From Gammaproteobacteria bacterium (GTDB taxonomy: Bacteria; Pseudomonadota; Gammaproteobacteria; Francisellales; CACEW01): 64,000 bases of DNA. The stretch spans positions 101,491 to 165,490 of the forward strand of contig JAUSAW010000002.1 in the NCBI GenBank assembly GCA_030652335.1, read 5' to 3'. The position numbers and the translations under genes are program-made. This document shows positions 39,242 through 49,358 of this stretch, piece by piece. The notes under the pieces were generated by a model. It had not been told where the DNA came from. It did not search any database and was given only the letters and a program-made list of their open reading frames with translations. The first letter of the stretch is position 1. Each line of letters starts with the position of its first letter.

Positions 39242-40144
39242 TTGCTTATGAATATTGTATTAATCGGTCTAATCGTTATTATCGCCCTGCTGGTCCTCAG
39301 CTCTTTCTTCACCGTCGAACAACAAAAAGTCGCTATAATAGAGCGTCTGGGTAAATTCGTTCGAGTCGCCAGACCCGGCTTAAACACCAAGATTCCATTA
39401 TTAGAAAGAGTCGCCGGTCGAGTCAGTTTAAGAATTCAACAATTAAATATCGCCGTCGATACTAAAACCTCTGACAACGTATTTGTACATATGACCGTAT
39501 CGATTCAATATGCGGCTATCCCCGATCACGTTTATGAAGCCTTTTATAAACTGTCAGATCCTGAAAAACAAATTCAGGCCTATGTATTTGATGTAGTGCG
39601 TGCTCAAGTGCCTTCCATCACCTTGGACGAAGTATTTGAGAAAAAAGAACAGATCGCCCTAGCCGTCGGTAAAGAATTGGCTGAGACCATGAAAGAATTT
39701 GGCTTTAGCATTTTAAAAGCCTTGGTTACCGACATCGACCCCGATGAAAAAGTAAAAGCGGCGATGAATGAAATCAATGCGGCCACCCGTTTAAGAGTCG
39801 CGGCTAATGAGAAAGGTGAAGCTGAAAAAATCCTAAAGGTGAAACAGGCCGAGGGTGAAGCTGAAAGCATGAGATTACAAGGTGAAGGCTTAGCAAAAGC
39901 CCGCCAGGCTATTATTTATGGTTTAAAAGATTCCGTGGAAGATTTCAGAAAAGCGGTTCCAGAAGCCACTGCCAATAGCGTCATGAATTTAGTGCTGACC
40001 ACTCAGTATTATGACACCTTAAAAGAGATCGGCGCGAATAATCGCAGTTCGGTTATCTTAACTCCGGGTAAAGCAGAAAATTTAAGCGATCATTTAAGAG
40101 AAGCCGTTATTACCGGCAATATTGTGAATAAGCTTTCAAACTAA
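39242..40144 (+). CDS. SPFH/band 7 family protein
   Basis: IERLGKF, TKTSDNVFV, YVFDVVRAQVP, AMNEINAA.R. Confidence 0.93.
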   Translation: MLMNIVLIGLIVIIALLVLSSFFTVEQQKVAIIERLGKFVRVARPGLNTKIPLLERVAGRVSLRIQQLNIAVDTKTSDNVFVHMTVSIQYAAIPDHVYEAFYKLSDPEKQIQAYVFDVVRAQVPSITLDEVFEKKEQIALAVGKELAETMKEFGFSILKALVTDIDPDEKVKAAMNEINAATRLRVAANEKGEAEKILKVKQAEGEAESMRLQGEGLAKARQAIIYGLKDSVEDFRKAVPEATANSVMNLVLTTQYYDTLKEIGANNRSSVILTPGKAENLSDHLREAVITGNIVNKLSN

Positions 40145-40161
40145 TAAGCATTAACGCTAAC

Positions 40162-40194
40162 AAAAAAGGCAGAATTTTCATTCTGCCTTTTTTT
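40162..40194. terminator. Bidirectional intrinsic terminator
   Basis: A6-GGCAGAAT-loop-ATTCTGCC-T7 between convergent genes. Confidence 0.85.
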
Positions 40195-40210
40195 AAGCGT
40201 AAATAAATTG

Positions 40211-40831
40211 TTAACTGATCTGCTCTTGCTCTAATGATTTTATTACCGATGGACGTTTATGGACTTTCTGAAAAAAAGCCTCGATATGAGTAAACTCCTG
40301 ACGGTTTACTTTAAGCGCCGGCAACCATCGCAATACCACAAACAAATAAGCATCGGCCAGGCTAAAGCTTGAACCATTGATGTAGTCATTTTTAGCAAGT
40401 TGCGAATCGACATACTCCAACTTTTTTACTAGGATCGGTTTAAAAATCTGCTCTTTTAGCTCATCCGAAATAGCGGAGTTAAAAAGTGGTGAGCAGCTTT
40501 TATGTAAGTCGACAGACATATAATTCATCCAGCTCAACACTCGATAACGCTCGATACCCGATCTCGGCAATAAATGCGTAGAGTTGGAATGCGTATCGGC
40601 CAAATACTGCTGAATGACATTATTCTCGGTCAATATGCTGCCATCATTTAACTCAAGCGCCGGCACGGCACCTTTGGGGTTAATGCTATAAAAATCCACA
40701 CCCGTTTCAGTTAAATGGGTTTTCAAAGTCACAGCCTGGTAATCACAAACGATATCTAATTCATTAATAAGTATACGAACCGCCAGCGAGCAGGCCCCTT
40801 TTGAATAATAAAGTTTCATACTAGTCTCCAT
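40211..40831 (-). CDS. gstA: Glutathione S-transferase (beta class)
   Basis: MKLYYSKGACSL, INPKGAVPAL, FSLADAYLF. Confidence 0.88.
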   Translation of the reverse strand: METSMKLYYSKGACSLAVRILINELDIVCDYQAVTLKTHLTETGVDFYSINPKGAVPALELNDGSILTENNVIQQYLADTHSNSTHLLPRSGIERYRVLSWMNYMSVDLHKSCSPLFNSAISDELKEQIFKPILVKKLEYVDSQLAKNDYINGSSFSLADAYLFVVLRWLPALKVNRQEFTHIEAFFQKVHKRPSVIKSLEQEQIS

Positions 40832-40838
40832 TTGATGA

Positions 40839-41630
40839 TTAGAACAACATTTTTAAGCCCACAATAAGCACCAAGTAGGCAAATACTTTTCGTAACAGTG
40901 GGCGTGAAATTTTATGCGTAAGACTGGCACCCACAGGCACGCTTAGTAAGCTCGGCAAACCGATCCCAAGCACAGCAGGCCAATAGATATAACCGGTGCT
41001 CCAAGCAGGCCCATTGATAGGATGGATATACCCTATCGCTATTAAACCGATGGTACCAGGAATAACGATTGGAATCCCGATGGCGGCAATAGTCCCGACC
41101 ACCTGGCGAGAATTCATATGCCAAATATTAAATAAGGCCCCTATTATCGCCCCGCCGGCAATACCGAGTAAAGTCGATATACCCGCCACAAAAAATCCCA
41201 TAACCGATAGAGCCGCCGTAGTAGGTAATTTCTCTTCGCCTTTAGTGCTCCTGTTATAAAGCATATAGAGCGAGAGCAATACGCAAAACGATCCAAAAAT
41301 AATTTTAAGATAAGCACCATTAAGCACTAACATTAAAATAGGGCCTAATATAAAGGAGCCTAATAACACACCTGGCAGCATGCGTTTAACGACATCCCAT
41401 CTTACCGACTGAGTCTTATTGTGTTGCGTGGTGGAGATAAGTAAATTTACGATGGTACTGGTCAATGACGTCCCGATGCAAAAATGCATTACCATACCTT
41501 CTGGGATCACATTAAAATGACTAAAAATAATCATTAAACTGGGCACGACGATTAAGCCCCCACCTATTCCCAGTAAGCCCGAAAACAACCCTGAGATGGA
41601 CCCAACCAAAATATATAAAGCAAATATCAT
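40839..41630 (-). CDS. TauE/SafE family membrane protein
   Basis: GLLGIGGGLIVVP, GTSL, GYIYWPA. Confidence 0.9.
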   Translation of the reverse strand: MIFALYILVGSISGLFSGLLGIGGGLIVVPSLMIIFSHFNVIPEGMVMHFCIGTSLTSTIVNLLISTTQHNKTQSVRWDVVKRMLPGVLLGSFILGPILMLVLNGAYLKIIFGSFCVLLSLYMLYNRSTKGEEKLPTTAALSVMGFFVAGISTLLGIAGGAIIGALFNIWHMNSRQVVGTIAAIGIPIVIPGTIGLIAIGYIHPINGPAWSTGYIYWPAVLGIGLPSLLSVPVGASLTHKISRPLLRKVFAYLVLIVGLKMLF

Positions 41631-41638
41631 AGCAATCC

Positions 41639-42844
41639 TTAAGAGATGACAGGGAAATCGAAGCCTGTGGCTGGAGGCTCAGTACAAAATGCCGGAATAG
41701 CATGATGCGCTTGGTAGGCCTTTACAGCAGCAGCCACTTTAGGATCGGCCAATAAAATCTGATAGCTATGAATCAATACATCCCCCATCACTTCAGGATG
41801 ACTCATTAGGCTAGAATCTAAGGCAAATGTTATCGCTGTTCCTGTACAAGGTGAATAGCTCATACCCGTTCTATAGCCTGGAGTAATGCCTGGTGCAAAA
41901 TATAGTATCCCCATCGGCGTATTAACTCGTGCGATTCCCAACCCATAAGCTGTGGTAGCGGCAGATGCTACAGGCTGGCCGGTTTTAATATCATTAAACT
42001 GTAACATCTGTTTAAGTTGTTCGGCTGGCAATACTTTGCCGGTAAATAGTGCCACATCCCAGGTTAACATATCGCTGGTGGTGGACACTAATGCGCCCCC
42101 AGGACCTATCCAAGATCCGTTAATATCGGTTAAATCATGCCAGCTTACATAGCCATGTGCCATCTGTGCCAATTGCGCATCGGTATAAGGCTGATCAGAA
42201 TAAAATGTAGCATTAAGATTAAGTGGCTCGATAAAATGTTGATTAAATAGCGAGGCGACTGATTGGCCGGTCACTTTTTCAATGACCATGCCAAGCAAGA
42301 CATAATCCATACCGGTAAAGCGCCAGCCAAGCCCAGGCTGAAAGTAGGGTGAATTGGCATACGATATGGCTGCCAATTGCGAAGCGCTCCAGACTTGATC
42401 GGAATGAAAAGCCAAATGAAGCCACCAGCCTGAAGTTTCATCGTAACTATAGATGCCGCTAGTCTGTGATAATAATTGTTTTAAGGTAATCGCACTCCAG
42501 TTTGGATACGCTGTAATGTATTTACCCAGGGGATCATTGATGTTTAACTTGCCTTGTTGCTGCAATTTTAAAACCAGAGCGGCGGTAAAGCTGCGAGTCA
42601 CTCCACCTATTGGAAATAAAGTATCAGGGGTAATAGGCACACCATCGTATTTAGTCATGGTGCCGCTAACAGAATTAATAATAGTACCATCTGGGCTGTA
42701 AGCGCTGATGGCTACTGCATGTAAATCATATTGGTTTTGGATGCTTAAGGCTTCTTGCTGTAAATTTGTTTGTAAATTATCCGCATAAGCTATCGATAAC
42801 TGGCAAGCCATCATACTGGCCATTAAAATCTTAACTAGTTTCAT
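41639..42844 (-). CDS. Exported serine-hydrolase-fold protein lacking catalytic motifs
   Basis: Beta-lactamase family scaffold (FPIG, GKLNINDP, LLSQTSG, PGGALVST) but SxxK is GVTR, YxN is FTG, HxG is APG. Confidence 0.8.
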   Translation of the reverse strand: MKLVKILMASMMACQLSIAYADNLQTNLQQEALSIQNQYDLHAVAISAYSPDGTIINSVSGTMTKYDGVPITPDTLFPIGGVTRSFTAALVLKLQQQGKLNINDPLGKYITAYPNWSAITLKQLLSQTSGIYSYDETSGWWLHLAFHSDQVWSASQLAAISYANSPYFQPGLGWRFTGMDYVLLGMVIEKVTGQSVASLFNQHFIEPLNLNATFYSDQPYTDAQLAQMAHGYVSWHDLTDINGSWIGPGGALVSTTSDMLTWDVALFTGKVLPAEQLKQMLQFNDIKTGQPVASAATTAYGLGIARVNTPMGILYFAPGITPGYRTGMSYSPCTGTAITFALDSSLMSHPEVMGDVLIHSYQILLADPKVAAAVKAYQAHHAIPAFCTEPPATGFDFPVIS

Positions 42845-42993
42845 CCAGAGCCCCTTCTAATTGTGTTTATTCACCATAGCACGGAGTTTTTTATCCGGCA
42901 ATGGACAAGGTTTCAGCATTTGAATTAATAAAAAATACTATAGCTCGAGCCATTTGTACTTTATACTCATAAAAAATTAACTAGCGAAGCATC

Positions 42994-43905
42994 ATGAATA
43001 TTACTATCAACTCTATACGCAAATCCACTCTAGCCGTTATTTTAACTATTATGGCCTCGCCACTCTATGCGCTAATACCCGCAGATGCCCCTGTTACTCA
43101 TCCGCTCCCTAAATTGAATAACGCCGTAGAGCAAAGAGCACTCGATGAAAGTGCGATAGATAATAATCCTTATGCGGTCAGCTTATATCAGCCCACTTAT
43201 ATATTGCCTTTTTATCATACGGTAAGCCCTTATTATTCAATTTATCAAGGCAACACGCCTAACGATCAAACCTTAAGTCGCGATGAAATAAAATATCAAT
43301 TTAGTTTTAAAGTACCGGTCTGGCAGATTACGCCCAAAGATAAACTGTTTTTAGCCTATACCCAGCTATCCTATTGGCAAGCTTATGCTGGCTCCGCTTA
43401 TTTTAGAGAAACCAACTACGAACCAGAAGCCTATGTCTCCCATCGAATCGATTATAATTTGGTGGATGGCTGGACCACCAATTTTATTAATGTAGGTGGC
43501 ATGCACGAGTCGAATGGTAAAGGTGAAAATCTAGAACGCAGCTGGAACAGAGCGTATGTCGAAGCGGTTTCATCTAAAAATGGCGGGATGATTATCTTAA
43601 AACCTTGGGTCGTTATGCATGATAAAACCTATGAAGAAGATAACCCGGATATGGCTCGTTATTTAGGGTACGGTCAAGCAATCGCCGCCTACAAATATCA
43701 TAGCCAAGTAGTTTCGTTAACGCTTGAAAATGAAGCCGAGAGCGGGTTTAGCCGCGGCAGCGAAATGCTAACCTGGAGCTTCCCCTTAACCGGCCCATTA
43801 GATGGCTATGTGCAGCTTTTCAGTGGCTACGGTCAAAGCTTGATCGAATATAATCATTATACCAATGCTATCGGTATAGGTGTCTCTTTGAGCGACTGGT
43901 TATAA
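42994..43905 (+). CDS. pldA: Outer membrane phospholipase A
   Basis: KYQFSFK, FRETNYEPE, HESNG...RSWNR, GYGQSLIEYN. Confidence 0.93.
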   Translation: MNITINSIRKSTLAVILTIMASPLYALIPADAPVTHPLPKLNNAVEQRALDESAIDNNPYAVSLYQPTYILPFYHTVSPYYSIYQGNTPNDQTLSRDEIKYQFSFKVPVWQITPKDKLFLAYTQLSYWQAYAGSAYFRETNYEPEAYVSHRIDYNLVDGWTTNFINVGGMHESNGKGENLERSWNRAYVEAVSSKNGGMIILKPWVVMHDKTYEEDNPDMARYLGYGQAIAAYKYHSQVVSLTLENEAESGFSRGSEMLTWSFPLTGPLDGYVQLFSGYGQSLIEYNHYTNAIGIGVSLSDWL

Positions 43906-43915
43906 TTAGGATTAT

Positions 43916-44803
43916 ATGAACATTCTTAGCATCCAATCGCCCTCAGGTTATACCCGGATGAGTTTTTCACCCGCTCAGGGCGGGCTTGGTTGCTCTCTAA
44001 TCGTTAGCGATAAAAATGGCGAACGTGAGCTGCTCTATTTCCCCAAAGGATTTAAGTTAGAAGAGTATAAAAAGGTCTCCTGTGGCTGGCCGTTTATCTT
44101 TCCAATCTGCGGCCGCTTAAGTCGAACCGATGGCGATAATCGCTATTTATATAATGGCAAAGTCTATACTATGACTATTCATGGCTTTGCTCATAAAATG
44201 CCTTGGCAGGTATTAGAACATAGCGAGCATCGCTTAGTGATGTGCCTAAAAGAATCAGAACGTAGCCTACTGGAATACCCCTTCGAATTCGAAATCATCT
44301 TAGAATATGAAATAACTGAAAATCATGTAAGTTGCAAACAAACCTATCGCAATACCGGTGATAAGCCCATGCCCTATTATGCCGGCTTTCATCCTTATTT
44401 TTCCATCCCCTTTCCAAAAGACCAGGTTACGTTGGATTATGCACCCAAGCGCCGTTTTTTATATAACCAAGTGCTTAATGATGTGATCGGCGAACAGCCC
44501 CTATTTAGCACGCCGGCTGCCTTAACCCTACCCGAATTAAACGAAAGCCTAGTCGAATTATCAGAAGATAAATCGGTGAGCCTAAGCTTTCCAGATAACA
44601 GTTCGCTTAGCATGAAAGCAGAAGGCATTACCGACCCCAGCTTATTCGCCTACTGTCAGCTTTATCATATTCCAAGCGAAGCATTTTTATGTATAGAGCC
44701 TTGGATGAGCCATCCTAATGCTATGAATACCATTAATGCGGTAAGGTGGCTTAAGCCTGGCGAACAAGAACTTGGCTTATTACAGCTGCATTTTAAGGTA
44801 TAA
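43916..44803 (+). CDS. Aldose 1-epimerase family protein
   Basis: FPICGRL, HGFA, GFHPYF, CIEPW. Confidence 0.9.
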   Translation: MNILSIQSPSGYTRMSFSPAQGGLGCSLIVSDKNGERELLYFPKGFKLEEYKKVSCGWPFIFPICGRLSRTDGDNRYLYNGKVYTMTIHGFAHKMPWQVLEHSEHRLVMCLKESERSLLEYPFEFEIILEYEITENHVSCKQTYRNTGDKPMPYYAGFHPYFSIPFPKDQVTLDYAPKRRFLYNQVLNDVIGEQPLFSTPAALTLPELNESLVELSEDKSVSLSFPDNSSLSMKAEGITDPSLFAYCQLYHIPSEAFLCIEPWMSHPNAMNTINAVRWLKPGEQELGLLQLHFKV

Positions 44804-44824
44804 AAAAAGGGCCTAGGCCCTTTT
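44802..44824. terminator. Probable bidirectional terminator
   Basis: A7-GGGCC-TA-GGCCC-T4 between convergent genes. Confidence 0.65.
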
Positions 44825-44879
44825 AAATATAGTATTAGATTCTTAAAGGGGCGAATTTTATCACCCCCGATAAAGCTGA

Positions 44880-45764
44880 TTATTTTGCTGGCGTTGCTGA
44901 TGCAGCCTCAGCTTCGTATAACGCCTTTAGTTCATTCTCATTTCTATCCACGCTTGACTGATATTCACCCCGACGTTCGCTAGCTTCAGGACCCTCACCT
45001 AAATACGCCATTTCACGCTTGATGTTTACATTATATTCCTTTAACTGCTCAATCTTTTTAAACCTGGCTTCTTGTGTAGTAGGCATAGTAACTGCACCAT
45101 AAACTGTCGTCGCTAAACGCATCGGCTTTATAGATTCTGAAATTACCTTGTCCGCCACTGGCGATTTTATCTTAATTTTTAAAAAATCTTTTAATTTTAT
45201 GGCTAAGCTTTCATTTCTTTTGAGAAGTTCATTTTTTAAAGCATATGCCCTAGCCTTCCAGACATCCTCATCTTGAGTAATTGCGTATCCTGCGCGACCT
45301 TCTTCTCGAGGTATCTTTGAAAATTCATCCACTTCATGATTAGCTTTTACTATTTGGCCTATAAGCTGATCTTCATCTAGATCACATGGTGCAATAAATT
45401 TTTTTTCTACTTTAGGCGTAATTACAGTAGGCTCTGAATATTTATCGAGCCCCATAGTAGCAGCCTCTTCAGGAAACCTTTTAGAGATTTGTTTTTTAAC
45501 TGCAGATATAAAGCTCTGATGATTTTCTACGTCACTATAATAGGCACGAGGAGTCGCTAATGTTCCGCCACGTTTCTTTAATTCATCATACTTAGCTTCT
45601 AAGTTCTTAAGATTGTTTGTATATGTTTCCAAAGCACTTTTCAATTGCTCTAGATTAGCAGTACTAATATCAAGTTTAGCCTGATGAACTGACATGGGTG
45701 AAGCATCGCTTAAGCCAGCTGCAGCATGGGCTCTGGTATCAACTGCTGTGGGATGACCATTCAT
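44880..45764 (-). CDS. Hypothetical charged coiled-coil protein
   Basis: AAGGAG before ATG 45764; E/K-rich heptad segments; no recognised domain. Confidence 0.6.
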   Translation of the reverse strand: MNGHPTAVDTRAHAAAGLSDASPMSVHQAKLDISTANLEQLKSALETYTNNLKNLEAKYDELKKRGGTLATPRAYYSDVENHQSFISAVKKQISKRFPEEAATMGLDKYSEPTVITPKVEKKFIAPCDLDEDQLIGQIVKANHEVDEFSKIPREEGRAGYAITQDEDVWKARAYALKNELLKRNESLAIKLKDFLKIKIKSPVADKVISESIKPMRLATTVYGAVTMPTTQEARFKKIEQLKEYNVNIKREMAYLGEGPEASERRGEYQSSVDRNENELKALYEAEAASATPAK

Positions 45765-45896
45765 AACATTCTCCTTTAGTGGGTAATTAGAATATAGCTC
45801 CATCGATTATAGGGCGAGTAAATTTTGCCACAAGCCCTGCACTCAGATATTAATTAATAAGATTAGTTCTAGGAAAGTTTATGTAGAAAAAACATT

Positions 45897-47426
45897 TTAA
45901 TGAGTATCAAATACAGAATCTGATAGCATCGACTTATTAAATTTAAACAATCCTAAAAAAGGCAGCATCACTAAAAAACTCCAACCGATAAAAGCGAAGG
46001 CACTAATAAAGGCCACCATCTGTGATTGTTGTCCGAGCATATTAGCCAAAATAGCAGCGCCTTGTGGGCTGGTAGCTTGTATATGCAAGGGCTGTAAATA
46101 AGCCGCGGTGGCAGGATTGGTCGCTTGAATATGCGAGCCTAAATTGTTCCAGGCGATTTGACTATGCCTGGACCAGATCGTTACCGTTACCGCGATACCT
46201 ATCGAACCACCGATCGTGCGCAATAAACTATATAGACCAGCCGCCTCGACTCGCAAATGCGCAGGCAAGGTTGAAAAAGCTAAGGTGGATAGCGGCACAA
46301 ATATCATACCGATACCAAAGCCTTGTACGAGCAATGGCCAGGTAAACCAGAATAGACTGGTGTCTAAAGAATAATTGGTTTCGACAAAGGTACCAGCCGC
46401 TACCATAATAATGCCGATAACGACCAATAGCCTAGGGTCGACTTTGCCTATTATTTTACTGACTATAATCATACTGAGCATGCTACTTATACCGCGAGGT
46501 GCCATCGACAAGCCGGTCAGCAATACTGGATAATTCATCAGCTCTTCGAGCAATAGAGGTTGAATGACCATCGTGCCATATAGCCCCACTCCCATCACCA
46601 CCATCAATAAACTGGCCACTGTAAAATTGCGATCTTTAAAAATATCTAAGTCGAATACGGCATGAGGATGGCGCTCGAGGTTACGAAAGATAAAGGTGCC
46701 TAAACTTACCACACCGAGAAAAGCGGCAATTTGAATGCTAAGCGAGTTAAACCAATCGCTTTGATTGCCTCTATCTAATACATACTGAATAGAACCGATA
46801 CACAATGACAACATGCCTAAACCAAACCAATCCATTTTGCGCTCTTTAATGACCGAGGCTGGAATCACCTTATAAGCTAATATAGCGGCAATCACACCCA
46901 CTGGCACATTAATATAAAAAGCCCAGCGCCAATTAGCGACATCGGTTAGATAGCCACCTAAGGTTGGCCCCAATATTGGCCCTACCATAACCCCAGCCCC
47001 CCAGATAGCCATCGCCTTACCACGATCCTGAGGGGAATAGATATCGGTCATAATGGCTTGAGAGAGTGGGATCAATCCGGCCCCAAAAGCACCTTGAAGC
47101 AATCTAAACATCACCATTTCAGGTAGGCTGGTCGATAACCCGCAAAATATGGATGCGATAGTAAAACCCACGATGCAATAAATAAGATACTCTTTTCTAC
47201 CCAGCCTATCCGAAAAATAACCTGCTAATGGCATAAAGATACCTGAGGCGACGATATAGCTTGTTAGGGTCCAGGAAATTTGATCGGGAGACGCGTTTAA
47301 CGATCCCTGCATATAAGGTAGGGCTACGTTGACGATAGTGGTGTCGAGCACTTCCATTAAAGTAGCGGCCATTACCGCAATGATAATTAGCCAGCGTTTG
47401 GTAGGATCGATGCTGTTGAAATCCAT
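45897..47426 (-). CDS. DHA2 family efflux MFS subunit (EmrB-like)
   Basis: EVLDTTIVNVALP, WTLTSY, GPTLGG, WRWAFYINVPVG. Confidence 0.93.
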   Translation of the reverse strand: MDFNSIDPTKRWLIIIAVMAATLMEVLDTTIVNVALPYMQGSLNASPDQISWTLTSYIVASGIFMPLAGYFSDRLGRKEYLIYCIVGFTIASIFCGLSTSLPEMVMFRLLQGAFGAGLIPLSQAIMTDIYSPQDRGKAMAIWGAGVMVGPILGPTLGGYLTDVANWRWAFYINVPVGVIAAILAYKVIPASVIKERKMDWFGLGMLSLCIGSIQYVLDRGNQSDWFNSLSIQIAAFLGVVSLGTFIFRNLERHPHAVFDLDIFKDRNFTVASLLMVVMGVGLYGTMVIQPLLLEELMNYPVLLTGLSMAPRGISSMLSMIIVSKIIGKVDPRLLVVIGIIMVAAGTFVETNYSLDTSLFWFTWPLLVQGFGIGMIFVPLSTLAFSTLPAHLRVEAAGLYSLLRTIGGSIGIAVTVTIWSRHSQIAWNNLGSHIQATNPATAAYLQPLHIQATSPQGAAILANMLGQQSQMVAFISAFAFIGWSFLVMLPFLGLFKFNKSMLSDSVFDTH

Positions 47427-47427
47427 G

Positions 47428-48321
47428 TTATTTACTATGCGTGTCGATAGTGACAGAGGCCGTGGTACCGATATGCAATGGATAATTAGGATCGGGATTC
47501 GTGATCAACACTTTTACGGGCAAGCGCTGCGTGACTTTTACCCAATTTCCGGTCGCATTTTCAGGGGGCAGCAATGAAAAGGCTGAGCCTGTGCCGCCGC
47601 TAATGCTTTCCACAACACCCTTAAAGGGATGATTGGGATACATATCGACCGTAATACTGGCGCGTTGGCCTGCTTTAATATTTTGCATAGCCGTCTCTTC
47701 ATAATTGGCATCGACCCAAAATTGATCGCTGCTTATCAGCGTGAATATCGGCTGATCTTGATCGACGATGCTGCCAACCTGTAAATTCATATTGGTGATC
47801 CAGCCATCGCTTGATGCATAGACTTTGGTATAGCTTAAATTAAGGTTGGCCTGAGACAGAGCCGCCTGATCCAATTGCACCTGAGCAATGGCGCTTGCTA
47901 AATCGGCCCTGGCGTCATCACCCTGTTGTTCTGAGAATAATTTTTGATGCACTAGCTCGAGCGTTCTCTTGGTGCTTAATTGCGTATCGGCTAATCTAGC
48001 CTGATCGATCTGCAATTGCGCTGCCGCTTTGGCGACCGCCATTTGGTATTGAGCAGGATCGATCTCAAACAATAAGACACCTTGTTTTACAAATTGGTTA
48101 TTCTGCACATTTAAGCTTAAGATTTGTCCGCTAACTTGAGCGGCCACTTGAATTTGATTGGCATTAACGTAAGCATCATCGGTACTGCTATAGCGATTAC
48201 CATAGATGTCATAGCCCACCCAGCCTAAAATAAAAATAGCGACGATGCTAAGCAATACCATTCTCTGTATATTACGAGATGCTTTAAGCTTAGCCATATA
48301 GCAAGATAAAATTTGTTTCAT
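47428..48321 (-). CDS. HlyD/EmrA family membrane fusion protein
   Basis: STDDAYV, FSLLPPENATGNWVKVTQRLPV. Confidence 0.93.
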   Translation of the reverse strand: MKQILSCYMAKLKASRNIQRMVLLSIVAIFILGWVGYDIYGNRYSSTDDAYVNANQIQVAAQVSGQILSLNVQNNQFVKQGVLLFEIDPAQYQMAVAKAAAQLQIDQARLADTQLSTKRTLELVHQKLFSEQQGDDARADLASAIAQVQLDQAALSQANLNLSYTKVYASSDGWITNMNLQVGSIVDQDQPIFTLISSDQFWVDANYEETAMQNIKAGQRASITVDMYPNHPFKGVVESISGGTGSAFSLLPPENATGNWVKVTQRLPVKVLITNPDPNYPLHIGTTASVTIDTHSK

Positions 48322-48755
48322 GACAATAGCTCCGCTCGGGCTTTAATTTTCTGAATAACATCGATGCAATGCTTAATATCAGCCTCAGGAATTATAGATA
48401 ATAATTCACTGCTAAGCTGGTTACCGATGGCATATATTTGAGCTAAAGTTTCTTGTGACTTAGCGGTTAAATGTACCGTTTTACTACGCCTATCATGAGG
48501 TACATCATGGCGCTCAATCCACCCATCTTTTGCCAAGCGATCCAATAAGCCCGTTAACGTCGGGCCTTCGATTCCAACGCTTATGGCTAATTCTGTCTGA
48601 GTCATAGGCGCCTTAGCGAGCGATAGATGCAATAAGGCTCGCCATTTAGTCTGGCTTAAACCAAGCGGTTTTAAACGTTTGTCCAGCTTGTGGCGCCAGA
48701 CTATCGCTGTTTCATATAATACGGCCGGAAAGATTTCAGTTAATTTCGCTGACAT
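48318..48755 (-). CDS. MarR family regulator (SlyA-like)
   Basis: RLKPLGLSQ..W, GIEGPTL...LD.L, DRRSK; start placed at ATG 48755. Confidence 0.9.
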   Translation of the reverse strand: MSAKLTEIFPAVLYETAIVWRHKLDKRLKPLGLSQTKWRALLHLSLAKAPMTQTELAISVGIEGPTLTGLLDRLAKDGWIERHDVPHDRRSKTVHLTAKSQETLAQIYAIGNQLSSELLSIIPEADIKHCIDVIQKIKARAELLS

Positions 48756-48760
48756 AACCG

Positions 48761-48787
48761 TTAGCTCACTAATTATTAGTATGCTAA
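48761..48787. promoter_or_regulatory. Two tandem SlyA/MarR-type operator boxes
   Basis: TTAGCTCACTAA (48761-48772) and TTAGTATGCTAA (48776-48787) resemble the SlyA palindrome TTAGCAAGCTAA. Confidence 0.7.
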
Positions 48788-48826
48788 TGATAGGATTAAA
48801 TTTTGCTGAAGTCAAACCTCCTAAAT

Positions 48827-49357
48827 TTAAATAGCCTCAACATCAAATTGCTCTACTCGAAGCGGCTGGTTGCCATAATGTTTAAGCAAGGCCTCATAAA
48901 AGAACTTAGCCTGAGGTGGAAGACCTGCGCTTAAGTAGTGACACACCCTCTGATAGATAGCTAGTTTAAAAGTAGTCGGATCAGTCGCCTCACCAGCAAG
49001 GTTATCAACGCTGACATAAAAACGGGAACCGGCCGCCATTGAAAATATCCATTCGATTGCCTGAGGCTTGCTTTCCACCCCTTCAAAAATACTTTGTTGC
49101 TCGGCTGATCTGCCATCTGGCTGATACCAATAGCCATAATCGACTAGCTCTCGACGCTTATCGCCGGCTATACACCAATGAGCGATTTCGTGCAGAGCGC
49201 TTTGATAAAAGCCATTAGCAAAAATAACCTGATGATGGGGACAATTTTCAGAGCGAGGTTGATAGAGCGGCTCACCCTCCCCGCTGACTAATATAGTGCC
49301 ATTTGATTCTTGGAATGTCTGCTTGAATAGGCTTATTAAATCTTGATAATGATGCAT
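48827..49357 (-). CDS. epmC: Elongation factor P hydroxylase (YfcM)
   Basis: EPLYQP, SALHEIAHWCIAG, DYGYWY.PDGR, KPQAIEW. Confidence 0.92.
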   Translation of the reverse strand: MHHYQDLISLFKQTFQESNGTILVSGEGEPLYQPRSENCPHHQVIFANGFYQSALHEIAHWCIAGDKRRELVDYGYWYQPDGRSAEQQSIFEGVESKPQAIEWIFSMAAGSRFYVSVDNLAGEATDPTTFKLAIYQRVCHYLSAGLPPQAKFFYEALLKHYGNQPLRVEQFDVEAI

Positions 49358-49358
49358 A

